A stretch of DNA of 64,000 bases, from positions 254,987 to 318,986 of the forward strand of contig CAYSEI010000001.1 in assembly GCA_964430265.1 (NCBI GenBank). Reading direction: 5' to 3'. Shown one piece after another: positions 27,419 through 38,122 of the stretch. Positions within the stretch are counted from its first letter, which is position 1. Each line of letters starts with the position of its first letter. The notes beneath the pieces were generated by a model that did not search any database, was not told where the DNA came from, and saw only the letters and a program-made list of their open reading frames with translations. Position numbers and translations under genes: made by a program. The stretch is from an uncultured Pseudomonadales bacterium. GTDB lineage: Bacteria > Patescibacteriota > Microgenomatia > UBA1400 > CAYXSR01.

Positions 27419-29124
27419 TTTAATTTTTCAATAATTTCGTAAGGATAAAAGGGTCGGCCGTCGTATTTCAACGTTTTTTCAACATTTTCCCCGGTTTTTT
27501 CTCGGATAATGTCAGCCAGCTGTCCGTGAGAATTTCCTTCTATGCAAATACATTTATCAAGTTTGTTAATATATTCTTTTACTTGTTTTGCAGGAAAAGG
27601 CCATAACCAATTCATATGTAAAAAGCTCACTTCCGGAAGCTCTTTTAAAGCTTCAAGAATTGCACCTTTATTTGATCCCCAAGAGATTATGCCAATTCTT
27701 GATTCGGGATTGCCAAATATCTGTTGCTTAGGGATTTCCCTCTTAATATTTTGCATTTTTTTATTTCTTTTATCCATCATTTTTATTCTTGTTTCACTGT
27801 CTTCAGTAGCATAACCTTCTTGATCATGATCATAGCTGTTTGCCAAGTGCTGGCAGCCATTCTGTCCCAAGAAAGGACGTGGAGAAATATTGTTTTCAGT
27901 AAACCTATAGCGCAGATAAGGTTGATTACATTCTTTTACAAATGAATACCTTTTGTTTTCAAAATTATCTTTAAATGGGTCACAACTGTAATCTGACTCA
28001 GAAATGTTTTTGTCCAATAATATTATTACTGGAATTTGATATTTTTCTGCTAATTCAAAAGATTGTCTAGTTTGTTCAAAAGTTTCTGTGGCATCACCCG
28101 GGGCTAAAATTACACGCGGAAATTCATCCTGTGAGGCATGAATAACAAATCGCAAATCACCCTGCCCGCTCCAGGTCGGAAGTCCGCTTGCCGGTCCGGT
28201 ACGCATGGATTCAATAATTACCAAAGGAGTCTCAGAAATTCCTGCCAACCCAAGTCCTTCAGTCATTAAACAAAAACCTCCTCCGGAAGTAGCGGTCATT
28301 GCTCTTACTCCAGCAAAAGAAGCACCGATTGCCATATTTATTGCTGCAATTTCGTCTTCCGGCTGTTTTACTATTATGTCTGTTTCTTCTGCTTTTGCGG
28401 CCAAGTAGTGTAAGATTGAAGTTGCAGGTGTCATTGGATATGCACAGTAAAATTTAAGCCCGGCACTAATTGCACCTAATGCTGCTGCTTCGTTTCCTGT
28501 AATTACCATGCGGTCTTTTTTTTCTTCTTCAGGTGTTTTTAATTGAATTTTTGCATCCGAAAAGTTATTACGGATGTATTCTCTACCCTTTTCAACTGCC
28601 TGATAATTGTTTTGAACAACTTCTTCCCCCTTGCTTATATACGCTTGTTTTAAAGTTTGTTTTAAAGAATCTAAATTATTAATACACAATAATTCAAACA
28701 GTGCACCTAAAGCTACAGAATTTGCCATAATTGCGCTGCCTGCTTCATTTGCCAATTCAATAAGAGGAACGCCAATTTTTTTTCCTTTAATATTATTTAG
28801 TTCAAATGATGAACTGCAGTATATAACAAGTGAATTTTGAGTTAGTTCATTTTCGTGCAATTGGTAGCTTTTTTCATCAAAAACAAGAAGAATATCTAAA
28901 TCTTTTTTTTGTGAATGTACTTGCTCATTTACAGCAGCAAGTGTTTGGTATGTAGTATGTCCGCCTCTAATTAAGGAAGGATATTCTCTGTAGGAAAAAG
29001 TTGAAAACCCCAAACGCGTTAATGATTTAGAAAGGATCTGTCCTGTAGATTTTACGCCTGCACCCGCAGCTCCGGCAATCTTAATGTTTATTTTATGTTT
29101 GTTAATATTTGTATTGTCCATCAT
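27415..29124 (-). CDS. 2-oxoacid:ferredoxin oxidoreductase, alpha subunit (gamma-like N-terminal region fused)
   Basis: The alpha-subunit core (ITGNEAAALGAISAGLKFYCAYPMTPAT) follows an N-terminal gamma-like segment (IAGAAGAGVKSTGQ). The start was set to the internal MM because the longer ORF overlaps rsmI. Confidence 0.75.
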   Translation of the reverse strand: MMDNTNINKHKINIKIAGAAGAGVKSTGQILSKSLTRLGFSTFSYREYPSLIRGGHTTYQTLAAVNEQVHSQKKDLDILLVFDEKSYQLHENELTQNSLVIYCSSSFELNNIKGKKIGVPLIELANEAGSAIMANSVALGALFELLCINNLDSLKQTLKQAYISKGEEVVQNNYQAVEKGREYIRNNFSDAKIQLKTPEEEKKDRMVITGNEAAALGAISAGLKFYCAYPMTPATSILHYLAAKAEETDIIVKQPEDEIAAINMAIGASFAGVRAMTATSGGGFCLMTEGLGLAGISETPLVIIESMRTGPASGLPTWSGQGDLRFVIHASQDEFPRVILAPGDATETFEQTRQSFELAEKYQIPVIILLDKNISESDYSCDPFKDNFENKRYSFVKECNQPYLRYRFTENNISPRPFLGQNGCQHLANSYDHDQEGYATEDSETRIKMMDKRNKKMQNIKREIPKQQIFGNPESRIGIISWGSNKGAILEALKELPEVSFLHMNWLWPFPAKQVKEYINKLDKCICIEGNSHGQLADIIREKTGENVEKTLKYDGRPFYPYEIIEKLK

Positions 29125-29140
29125 GGTACAATAGCATTGT

Positions 29141-29833
29141 ATGAGAACTCTGTACATAGTGTCAACCCCAATCGGAAATAGAAAAGATATTACTTTAAGA
29201 GCAATTGAAGTTCTCAAGAAAGTGGATATTATTTTGGCGGAAGACACAATGAAAACAAGTAATCTTTTACAAACTTATCCGGAAACTTCAAATTTAAACA
29301 AAAAAATTATTCCGTATCATAAACAAAACAGGGTAAATAAACTTCCTGAAGTAATTGCATACTTAAAAAATGGCAAACAAATTGCTTTAGTTTCTAATGC
29401 AGGAACACCGCTTGTTGCCGATCCGGGCTATAAGCTGGTTAAAGAATGTTTAAGGTTAGGAATAAAAGTAGTTTCAGTTCCGGGGCCTTCAGCTTTTTTA
29501 ACTGCTTTAGTTTCATCTGGTTTGCCGACTAACGAGTTTTTATTTATCGGCTTTTTATCAAAAAAAAATAAACAAATAAAAGACAAGTTTAAGGAAATTA
29601 AAAATAACACATATTTGTCAGGTAAAACAATTATTTTTTATGAAACACCGCATCGCTTGGTTAAAACCCTAAGTATTGTAAAACAAATATATGGAGATAT
29701 TGAAATTGTTTTGGGAAGGGAATTGACCAAAAAATTTGAAGAGGTTGTAAAAAGGGAAATCTCATATTATTTAGATAAATATAAGACTGAAAATATAAAA
29801 GGAGAGTTTGTAGTTTTATTCAAACTACCTTAA
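29141..29833 (+). CDS. rsmI: 16S rRNA (cytidine1402-2'-O)-methyltransferase RsmI
   Basis: Tetrapyrrole-methylase fold with the RsmI N-terminal motif LYIVSTPIGNRKDITLRAIEVLKKVDIILAEDT. Confidence 0.8.
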   Translation: MRTLYIVSTPIGNRKDITLRAIEVLKKVDIILAEDTMKTSNLLQTYPETSNLNKKIIPYHKQNRVNKLPEVIAYLKNGKQIALVSNAGTPLVADPGYKLVKECLRLGIKVVSVPGPSAFLTALVSSGLPTNEFLFIGFLSKKNKQIKDKFKEIKNNTYLSGKTIIFYETPHRLVKTLSIVKQIYGDIEIVLGRELTKKFEEVVKREISYYLDKYKTENIKGEFVVLFKLP

Positions 29834-29864
29834 CAAATCCCTTAATATCTATAACAAACAAACT

Positions 29865-31916
29865 TTAAGATAAAATACCTCTAAAGTCGACTGCGTAAAT
29901 ATTATTCTCCGTAATCAACAAAGGATTAATCTCAAAACTTTCAACATTGGGAAAATCAGATGCCATAAAAGAAAATCTGTACAAAAGATCTATAATCTTT
30001 TGGGTTGGTCTTTTCTGATTACGGTATCCGTCCTTAATCAGTTCATAAAACGGTGCAGCTTTAATTATTTTCTCAATATCCTTTTTTGTAGATGGTGCAG
30101 GAAAAATAATCTTTTCTTTTAAGACTTCAGTGTATATTCCTCCTAAGCCGCAGATTACCACTTTCCCAAATTCGGGGTCTGTTTTTGAGCCAATAATCAG
30201 TTCTAATTCTGCTTTAATCATTTCTTGTAATAAAAGCGGTTTATTATATACTAGTTTATTAAAAGCTTTTTTTACTTCCGCTTCCTTTTTCAAACCCACA
30301 AAGACCTCTTTTTTATCGGTTTTGTGTAGACTGTTGGTTTTTAAAACAAGTGGATAATTAAACTCTGCAATACAACTGTTTAGTTCCTCTTCAGAATTTA
30401 GGATTTTTTGTTTGGGAAGGTTAAGCTTGTACATTTCTGCCAACTTTACAAGGTTTTGGGCAGAGATAATTTTATTGTTTCCCCATTCTTGGAAAAGATT
30501 TTTAATTTTATTTTCCTCGATTGGAAATTCCCTTTTGGGCTTGAGGATAAATTTTTTATCTTTAATTTTGTTGTGTTGTAAAAGCATGGAAAAATTAGTT
30601 ACTGCATCCTCAGGATACTCAATTACTATTACTGGAGAATCTTTAAGAATTTCTGCTGCTTTATCCTTTTTCTTACCCCCCATAAGACATACATGAATTG
30701 GTTTATGGCTGTTAAAAGCAAGTTTTTTAATTTGTCTGGCAGTTTCTTCCATATTTGTCATTGCCTGGGGAGTGACGATTATTAGAATTGCGTCTTCAAT
30801 TGGATCCTTCATAACTGTTTCCATTACTTGGGCAAACAGTTTCGGTTCCGCGTCTCCGGCAATGTCTAAAGGATTTTTAATCGTAGCATAATCTGGCAGT
30901 ATTTTTTTCAAGTTACTCTTTGTTTTTTCAGAAAAAGGTGTGAGTTCAATAGGTTCATTTTTCATGTAGTCGGCGGTAATTACACCAGCGCCGCCGGCAT
31001 TGGTTACTACTACCATGTTTTTGTCAGATAGTTCTATTTTAGAGAAGCAATAAACAAAATTGTAAAAATCCTGCATTTTTTCTGTAATCACAATGCCATT
31101 ATGGTTTAAAAGCTCTTTTGCGGTTTCAAATGAACCAGTCATTTTACCGGTGTGGGACTGGGCAGTTTGTTTACCTTTTTCAGTTCTGCCGCCTTTTAAA
31201 AGAATTATTGGTTTTTTAGTTTTTGTTTTATTGGCAATTTCTAGAAATCTTTTACCGTCAGCAAAATTTTCCAAATAAAGAGCAATTACCTGGGTTTGCT
31301 TTCTGTTTTCAAGGTATTCAATAACATGGTTTTCATTTAAATTAAGTTTATTGCCAAGGCTGATAGCCATGTCTATTCCCAAGTTTTTATCGTATGCCCA
31401 ATCCAAAAGAACGCTAATCAATGCGCCGGACTGTGAGACAAAGGAGATATTTCCTTTTAATGTTTCAATATTTGTAAAGCTTGTATTCAAGCCTTTGTTT
31501 GTATTTAAATATCCCAAGGTATTTGGTCCCAAAAGAGTCAGATTGTTTTCTTTTATAATTTCATTGATTTTGTTTTCAATTTTTTCTCCCTCTTTGCCTA
31601 ATTCGGAAAAGCCTGATGAATAAAGAATGTAATTTTTAATGCCGGCCTTTACTCCGTCTAGTAATATTTTAGGTGCAATTTTGGCAGGAAGCGAAATAGC
31701 AGCCAGATTAACTTTTTCTGGTAATTCTTGCAATGAAGCATAACATTTTTTATTTGCAATTTTTTCTGCTTTTGGATTGACCGGATAAACTTCACCTTGA
31801 AAGTTTTTAAGAATATTTTCAAATATTATTCTTCCTACTTTATTTTTTTCCCTTGAAACTCCGACTACTGCAATACTTTGGGGTGAAAAAAAAGTGTTTA
31901 AACTATTATTTGACAT
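29865..31916 (-). CDS. acetyl-CoA synthetase (ADP-forming), fused alpha/beta
   Basis: CoA-binding N-terminus (IAVVGVS…) and succinyl-CoA-synthetase-like/ATP-grasp domains. Start trimmed to MSNNS because the longer ORF overlaps the upstream kinase gene. Confidence 0.8.
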   Translation of the reverse strand: MSNNSLNTFFSPQSIAVVGVSREKNKVGRIIFENILKNFQGEVYPVNPKAEKIANKKCYASLQELPEKVNLAAISLPAKIAPKILLDGVKAGIKNYILYSSGFSELGKEGEKIENKINEIIKENNLTLLGPNTLGYLNTNKGLNTSFTNIETLKGNISFVSQSGALISVLLDWAYDKNLGIDMAISLGNKLNLNENHVIEYLENRKQTQVIALYLENFADGKRFLEIANKTKTKKPIILLKGGRTEKGKQTAQSHTGKMTGSFETAKELLNHNGIVITEKMQDFYNFVYCFSKIELSDKNMVVVTNAGGAGVITADYMKNEPIELTPFSEKTKSNLKKILPDYATIKNPLDIAGDAEPKLFAQVMETVMKDPIEDAILIIVTPQAMTNMEETARQIKKLAFNSHKPIHVCLMGGKKKDKAAEILKDSPVIVIEYPEDAVTNFSMLLQHNKIKDKKFILKPKREFPIEENKIKNLFQEWGNNKIISAQNLVKLAEMYKLNLPKQKILNSEEELNSCIAEFNYPLVLKTNSLHKTDKKEVFVGLKKEAEVKKAFNKLVYNKPLLLQEMIKAELELIIGSKTDPEFGKVVICGLGGIYTEVLKEKIIFPAPSTKKDIEKIIKAAPFYELIKDGYRNQKRPTQKIIDLLYRFSFMASDFPNVESFEINPLLITENNIYAVDFRGILS

Positions 31917-32835
31917 GCAAAAGTCCTTTCTGAGTTGAAATATGTGAAATAACAGAAGAAGAATTTTTAGCAGCAAATTGTAAAGCTTTCGGGATGCTGT
32001 TAGTTCTAATATATTCACCTAAGAATCCTGCACCAAAAGCATCTCCGGCTCCAGTTGTATCGGCTACTTCATCGACTTTAACAATCGGCTGATGATAAAT
32101 TTTGTCTTGAGTATATGCCCAGCTGCCATTAATATCATATGTGACCACTAGCATTTTTAATCCTAGTTTCTTTGCATAGTTAGTTTTTTCCAGATCTAAA
32201 TCGGGAGCATCGCCTCCCCAGATGTCAGCTAATTCATGTGCATTAACAATAAAAATGTCTGCATATTCAAAGTATTCGTCTAAATAATCAATGCCCTTTT
32301 TATATTCATCGCCTGAAAGTGTAATTAATTGTTTAATTCCGTTTTTCTTCATTGTTTTAAGCCAGGATAATTTGTTTTCTTTGCTTGCCCGGGCAAGGTC
32401 GGCAAAATATAACCAAGAAACCTGATTAAAAACATTTTTTACCTTTTCATCTAAAATAAGATTGTCATTTTCTCCTCGATAAGTTATTATTGTTCTTTCG
32501 CGGTCTTTCCCCAAAAGAATAGCAGAGGTTGTTGTTCTATCAGAGTCTTTTTGTATTAATTGTAGGTCGACGTTTTCATTTTTTAAATTTTCCAGAATAT
32601 GTTTTCCTGCCCAGTCATTAGCAATTTTAGCCCAGCAATATGTTTCAAATCCCTGCCTTGAAAAAGAAACAGCAGTATTTGCCCCTCCACCTCCAAAGGC
32701 AAGATCAAATGAGTCAGCAACATATTTACCACCATAAGCTAGTGATAAACGCATACCATCATTTATTTCCGGGAAATTATTGGATTGAAAAAAAAGGTCA
32801 AGTGTAGCACTGCCAACAGTTAGTATTTTATTCAT
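31906..32835 (-). CDS. PfkB-family carbohydrate kinase (ribokinase-like)
   Basis: Motifs GGGGANTAVSF and DTTGAGDAFGAGF. Confidence 0.75.
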   Translation of the reverse strand: MNKILTVGSATLDLFFQSNNFPEINDGMRLSLAYGGKYVADSFDLAFGGGGANTAVSFSRQGFETYCWAKIANDWAGKHILENLKNENVDLQLIQKDSDRTTTSAILLGKDRERTIITYRGENDNLILDEKVKNVFNQVSWLYFADLARASKENKLSWLKTMKKNGIKQLITLSGDEYKKGIDYLDEYFEYADIFIVNAHELADIWGGDAPDLDLEKTNYAKKLGLKMLVVTYDINGSWAYTQDKIYHQPIVKVDEVADTTGAGDAFGAGFLGEYIRTNSIPKALQFAAKNSSSVISHISTQKGLLHVK

Positions 32836-32876
32836 TTTATTTATTATAATTTAGTAATGTATATCAACGGGTCAAG

Positions 32877-34508
32877 TCAGAAAAGGCTTTTTCCTGAAAT
32901 TGAACTTGGTTTTAGCACTTCTGCAACTTTAAGTATCGTGGGAATTATATCAGCAAGTATGCCGGTTTTTAAAGTAGAGTTTTTTAAATTTGGATTATTT
33001 GAGGCAATGATAAAGGGAACTTTATTGTTTGAGTGTTGTGTACTTGGTCCTCCTGTTTCAGGGTTTATCATTTCTTCAGCATTCCCGTGATCAGCAGTTA
33101 TAAAACAAACCCCATTTACATTTAAAACTTTGTCTACAACTTGTTTTAAACAGTTATCCACTGTTTCGCAAGCTTTAATTCCTGCTTGCAAATTTCCCGT
33201 ATGACCTACCATATCAGGGTTAGCAAAATTTACTACAATAAAGTCATATATGTCGTGTTCTATTCTTTTAACTAAAGTATCTGTAACCTGTTGTGCTGAC
33301 ATTTCCGGTTTTTCATCATAGGTTGAGACATCTTGGGGTGAAGGTATTTCCAAACGGTCTTCTCCATTTAATGGGTCATCCCTTTTTCCGTCAAAATAAT
33401 AAGTTACGTGTCTTTCTTTTTCAGTTTCTGCAATATGGAATTGACGCCAGCCTTTTTCCGAAATAAATCTGGCAAACGGCATATTAATTGAAGACGGTTT
33501 ATAAGCTACCAAAACAGGAAGTCCTGGTTCGTATTCAGTCATGGTTGTAAAAGTGATATCTTTTAATATTTTGTTTCTTTGAAAAGTGGTAATTTCTTTT
33601 CCCACATCTTCATATTGTTTTTTGCCGTATTTTTCTGCATAAGGGTCAAATGCTGGTTTTTTGATTTTAAGTGTTTCAAAATTATCAAGTACAAAAGCCT
33701 TTGTCAGTTCTCTGGGGCGGTCAATACGATAATTAAAAAAGATTACGGAATCCCCTTCGTTTATTGTAGCAACAGGTTGGTTATTTTTAGTGATAATAAT
33801 CGGTTTTAGGTGTTCATCGGTTATATCGTTTTCATAAGATTCTTGAATTGCTTTTGAATAATTATTAGTTTGATTGCCTTTTCCTTCGGTCAAGGCTTCA
33901 TAAGCTATTTTTATTCTTTTCCAACGGTGATCACGATCCATTGCATAATAACGACCCATAATTGTAGCAATTTCTCCAACATTATTTTCTGCAATTTTTT
34001 GTTCAACCTGATTTAAGTATTCTTGTGCAGATGTTGGAGGAGAATCCCTTCCGTCGGTGAATAAGTGTAGATATACGTTTTTTAAATTGTGGTCTGCAGC
34101 GAGCCTTAAAAGTGCAAAGATATGCTCAATACTTGAATGAACTCCCCCTGCTCCAAGAAGACCCATTAAATGTAGTGCAGAATTGTTTTTTTTGGCGTTA
34201 TGGATTGCACTTAAAAAAGCATCGTTTTTAAAGAAAGAGCCGTCAGCAATGGACATATTGATTCTGGGTAGACTTTGGTAAATTATTCTTCCTGCACCAA
34301 TATTCAGGTGGCCGGCTTCACTATTTCCCGGTTCTCCTTTAGGAAGTCCAACAGCAACTCCTGATGCTTTTAAAGTTGTATGCGGATATATATTCCAATA
34401 GCGGTCGATATTGGGTGTATTTGCTTGTGTTACTGCGTTTCCGGGATTATCAGGGGCAATACCCCACCCGTCCAAAATTATTAGAACTAAGGGTTTAGGC
34501 CGGTTCAT
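32877..34508 (-). CDS. gpmI: 2,3-bisphosphoglycerate-independent phosphoglycerate mutase
   Basis: N-terminus PLVLIILDGWGI and the conserved iPGM core. Start trimmed to MNRPKP to avoid a 120-nt overlap with eno. Confidence 0.85.
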   Translation of the reverse strand: MNRPKPLVLIILDGWGIAPDNPGNAVTQANTPNIDRYWNIYPHTTLKASGVAVGLPKGEPGNSEAGHLNIGAGRIIYQSLPRINMSIADGSFFKNDAFLSAIHNAKKNNSALHLMGLLGAGGVHSSIEHIFALLRLAADHNLKNVYLHLFTDGRDSPPTSAQEYLNQVEQKIAENNVGEIATIMGRYYAMDRDHRWKRIKIAYEALTEGKGNQTNNYSKAIQESYENDITDEHLKPIIITKNNQPVATINEGDSVIFFNYRIDRPRELTKAFVLDNFETLKIKKPAFDPYAEKYGKKQYEDVGKEITTFQRNKILKDITFTTMTEYEPGLPVLVAYKPSSINMPFARFISEKGWRQFHIAETEKERHVTYYFDGKRDDPLNGEDRLEIPSPQDVSTYDEKPEMSAQQVTDTLVKRIEHDIYDFIVVNFANPDMVGHTGNLQAGIKACETVDNCLKQVVDKVLNVNGVCFITADHGNAEEMINPETGGPSTQHSNNKVPFIIASNNPNLKNSTLKTGILADIIPTILKVAEVLKPSSISGKSLF

Positions 34509-35781
34509 TTTTCTTTTCTTCTGTTTCTTCACTATTAATATTATCGTTAATTTGTAAAAGCCTGTTGTATTTAATAATTCTTTCACCTCTTGCAGGTGCG
34601 CCAAACTTTGTATAGTCAGCACCGACACCTACTGCAAAATCGGCTATAAAATCATCAGTGGTTTCGCCTGAACGATGAGAAATTATTATTTGCCATCCGG
34701 CATCTCTGCTTGTTTGGATTACGCTTACAAGCTCAGTAATAGTACCAACTTCATTTGGTTTAACTAATATGGCATTACAAGCATCTTCCTTAATTGCTTT
34801 TTTAACTCTCTTGTGGTTGGTACATAATAGGTCATCACCCACAACCATGGTGTTTTTTTGTAGGTTTTTTGTTAAAATTTGCCAGCCTTTCCAATCGTCT
34901 TCTTGAAGAGGATCTTCTATTGAAAAAAGATGATACTTGTTGTTTATTTCCATATAATATTCAATTAGTTCTTCTCTTTCAACAGAATGTGATTTATCTT
35001 TTATATGATAAGTATTATTTTTGTAAAAATAACTAGCTGCAACATCCAAACCAAAGAAAAAGTCTGTAGCTAAGTGATAGTTAGTTTTCCTGATTGCTTC
35101 AATAAGTAGCTCCAAAGCATCAGTATTAGTATACAAGTTAGGTGCAAAACCGCCTTCGATTCCCACACTGTGGATTGCTCCTTTTTCTATTAAAGTTTTT
35201 TTGAGGGATTGGTAGATTTCCATTCCACATTGTAATGATTCAGGGTAACTTTTTCTTGTAGAAGGAATAACATGAAATTCCTGAAAGTCTAGGTTGCCGG
35301 CTCCGTGCTTTCCTCCATTAATTAAATTAAATATCGGAGTTGGTATTTTAGGTTTGTTAACCATTTGATATTTGGACAATAAGTAATCATAAATATCCAT
35401 ATTATACGATTCAGCAGAAGCTTCCAAAACTCCCTGTGATACTGAAAGGAGCGCATTTGCGCCTAAATTTCTTTTATCTTCTGTTCCATCAAGCTCTATT
35501 AGTATTTTATCAATATTTCCCTGATAAGCAGCGTCTTTACCTATTAATTCAGGTGTAATAGTTTTATTTACATTATCAACCGCTTTAAGCACTCCCATTC
35601 CATCAAAACGGGCAGGATCCTGGTCACGCAGTTCAACTGCTTCATGTTTTCCTTTAGATGATCCCGAAGGAATTGAAGCAATGCCTTTGCTTCCGTCTTC
35701 CAAAACTACTTCTGTTTCAATAGTGGGAATTCCTCTTGAATCAAGAATTTCGCGTGCTTTAATTTTACTAATTTTTGTCAT
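34495..35781 (-). CDS. eno: enolase
   Basis: Enolase N-terminal signature IKAREILDSRGIPTIE and conserved catalytic-region motifs. Confidence 0.9.
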   Translation of the reverse strand: MTKISKIKAREILDSRGIPTIETEVVLEDGSKGIASIPSGSSKGKHEAVELRDQDPARFDGMGVLKAVDNVNKTITPELIGKDAAYQGNIDKILIELDGTEDKRNLGANALLSVSQGVLEASAESYNMDIYDYLLSKYQMVNKPKIPTPIFNLINGGKHGAGNLDFQEFHVIPSTRKSYPESLQCGMEIYQSLKKTLIEKGAIHSVGIEGGFAPNLYTNTDALELLIEAIRKTNYHLATDFFFGLDVAASYFYKNNTYHIKDKSHSVEREELIEYYMEINNKYHLFSIEDPLQEDDWKGWQILTKNLQKNTMVVGDDLLCTNHKRVKKAIKEDACNAILVKPNEVGTITELVSVIQTSRDAGWQIIISHRSGETTDDFIADFAVGVGADYTKFGAPARGERIIKYNRLLQINDNINSEETEEKKNEPA

Positions 35782-38113
35782 CTAAATTACCTACTAATTT
35801 TTTTTCTGTTAAATATATGATTTCTCTTGTTTGTTCAATCATATCTGGAGTTACAGAAACACTTGTTATCCCCCACTTGACCAATTTTTCTGTTAACTCA
35901 GGATACAATGAAGGTGCTTGACCGCAGATTGAACTAGTAACATTTTTCTTATTGCAAGTCTTTATAATTCTCTCCAGACACCAAAGAACAGCTTGATTTC
36001 TTTCATCAAACTGTGGTGCCATAACTTCATTGTCCCGGTCAATTCCTAAGGTTAACATAGTCAAATCATTTGTTCCAATAGAAACCCCATCAATTCCCGT
36101 ATCCAAAAAATCTTCTAATAAGAGAACATTGGAAGGGATTTCTACCATCATCCAAATTTGGAATGATTTAGAGCGGTGTAAACCGTGTGTTGTGATTATT
36201 TTCTCAACTTCTTTTAGCTCCTTTACGGTTCTGACAAACGGAACCATCATCCAGAGGTTATTCAAATTATGTTTGTGTCTGACCTTTTTAATGGCTTCAA
36301 TTTCAAGTGCAAAAACTTGTTCGTCCTGCATATACCTATATGCCCCTCGATAGCCAATCAACGGGTTTTCTTCATGCGGCTCATAGTCCTTTCCTCCTTT
36401 AAGGTTTCGGTATTCATTAGTTTTGAAATCTGTTGCACGGTAAACAACCGGACGGGGACTAAAAGCTTTACAAAATTTGTGCAGTCCGTCAGCTAGTTTG
36501 TTTATAAAAAACTCTTGCTTGTTGTCTGCGATTAGTTTTTTGGGATGGACGCCTATGTGTTGGGAGATCATAAATTCTGCACGTAAAAGACCCACACCAT
36601 CCACGTTTTGTTTACTAATATCCTTAGCAAGTTCAGGTTCTCCTAAATTTACGTAAAGTTTTGTTGCTGTTTTTAATTCCGATGGATGTTTTCCGTCCAC
36701 TGTTGCATTTTTTTTATCTTCCCGGGATTCAGATACTTCCTTGATTTTAGTTTTTTCATCAGCTTTCATTCCCCCCTTGTATACATTACCTGTTTTTCCG
36801 TCCACAGTAATAACTTTTTTGTTTTCCAAGACTTGTGTGCCTTTTTTAGTACCGACTACACAAGGAACACCCAGTTCCCGGGAAACAATTGCTGCATGAG
36901 AAGTCTGTCCGCCTTTGTCAGTCACAATCGCTTTTACCCTTTTCATTGCAGGAACAAAGTCCGGGGTTGTCATTTCTGTAACTAATATTTCTCCCTTTTT
37001 AACTTTATCAATGTTTTTAGCCGAATTGACAATCTTTGCATATCCGGTTCCGATTCCCGGGCTTGCAGGTTCCCCCTTTAAAATAATATCCAGATCTAAT
37101 TTGTCCCTTTGTTTTTGTTCTTCTTCAACATCTTTGTCTTGTCTGCGGGTAGTAGTTACAGGACGTGTTTGAAGAATATACAATTTATTGTTGTACAAAC
37201 CCCATTCAATATCCTGGGGGAAAAAATAGTGCTGATGTATTTTTTTACCCAATTCAGCTAATTCAAGGATTTTTTCATCTGATAGTTTTTGTTTTCCCTG
37301 ATCAGACTTTTTCACCGTTACTTTCTGGTTATCTGTTCCAGCCTGAATCATCTTGATTGATTGTTCGTTAATTTGCTTGCTGATAATATCAAGAGGTCTT
37401 CGATTTATTTTATAGTGATCCGGAGTGACAGAACCCTGAACAATTAATTCACCCAAACCCCAAATGGCTTCAATAATTATTTTTGTTTTGTCGTTTGTAA
37501 CTGGATCAATAGTAAACATTACTCCTGAAGAGTCGGATTGAATCATTTTCTGTACAGGTACGGCAATACCAACTTTAAAGTGATCAAAGTTTTTTTCTTC
37601 CCTGTAAAAAGTTGCTCGGGGAGTAAACAAGGAGGCCCATGCTTCTCTTACTTTATTTATTAAATTAGCTTCACCACGAACATTTAAGAATGTTTCTTGT
37701 TGTCCGGCAAATGATGCGTCAGGCAGATCTTCTGCTGTAGCTGAAGAACGAATAGCAACCAAAGGATGCTGAAACTTTCCCCCCAGTTTTTCATATGCTT
37801 GGATAATTTTTTTTGATAAATCTTTTGGAACTTCTCCATGAGTGATTAGGTCCCTAATTTTTTGAGTAGCTTCATTTAATTGTCTGGGGTCAGTTAAATC
37901 AGCAGCTTCAACTGCATGCTTGATTTTATCACTGAGATTGTTGTGCTCAATAAAATAAAAATATGCAGGAGCTGTTACTATGAAACCGGGCGGCACGGGA
38001 ATTCCAAAAGAGACCATCTCTCCAAGGTTGGCACCTTTTCCTCCAACCAAGTCAATATCATCTTTGTGAACATTCTCGAACCAGACTAAATGTTTATCTT
38101 TTTGAGCAGGCAT
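35768..38113 (-). CDS. ppsA: phosphoenolpyruvate synthase (pyruvate, water dikinase)
   Basis: The ATP-grasp N-terminal domain, central phospho-His domain and C-terminal PEP-utilising TIM-barrel domain are all recognisable. At 781 aa the length is PpsA-like, though a pyruvate,phosphate dikinase is not excluded. Confidence 0.75.
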   Translation of the reverse strand: MPAQKDKHLVWFENVHKDDIDLVGGKGANLGEMVSFGIPVPPGFIVTAPAYFYFIEHNNLSDKIKHAVEAADLTDPRQLNEATQKIRDLITHGEVPKDLSKKIIQAYEKLGGKFQHPLVAIRSSATAEDLPDASFAGQQETFLNVRGEANLINKVREAWASLFTPRATFYREEKNFDHFKVGIAVPVQKMIQSDSSGVMFTIDPVTNDKTKIIIEAIWGLGELIVQGSVTPDHYKINRRPLDIISKQINEQSIKMIQAGTDNQKVTVKKSDQGKQKLSDEKILELAELGKKIHQHYFFPQDIEWGLYNNKLYILQTRPVTTTRRQDKDVEEEQKQRDKLDLDIILKGEPASPGIGTGYAKIVNSAKNIDKVKKGEILVTEMTTPDFVPAMKRVKAIVTDKGGQTSHAAIVSRELGVPCVVGTKKGTQVLENKKVITVDGKTGNVYKGGMKADEKTKIKEVSESREDKKNATVDGKHPSELKTATKLYVNLGEPELAKDISKQNVDGVGLLRAEFMISQHIGVHPKKLIADNKQEFFINKLADGLHKFCKAFSPRPVVYRATDFKTNEYRNLKGGKDYEPHEENPLIGYRGAYRYMQDEQVFALEIEAIKKVRHKHNLNNLWMMVPFVRTVKELKEVEKIITTHGLHRSKSFQIWMMVEIPSNVLLLEDFLDTGIDGVSIGTNDLTMLTLGIDRDNEVMAPQFDERNQAVLWCLERIIKTCNKKNVTSSICGQAPSLYPELTEKLVKWGITSVSVTPDMIEQTREIIYLTEKKLVGNLDDKN

Positions 38114-38122
38114 TTTTGATCC

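Noticed and set aside
29125-29247. 42-codon N-terminal extension of the kor alpha ORF
   Set aside because: It would overlap the divergently encoded rsmI (29141-29833) by more than 100 nt. The conserved protein starts at the internal MMDNT.
31917-32018. N-terminal extension of the acd ORF
   Set aside because: It overlaps the upstream PfkB kinase gene by more than 100 nt. The conserved CoA-binding domain begins just after the internal Met (MSNNS).
34509-34628. N-terminal extension of the gpmI ORF
   Set aside because: It overlaps eno by 134 nt. The iPGM conserved N-terminus begins at MNRPKPLVLIILDGWG.
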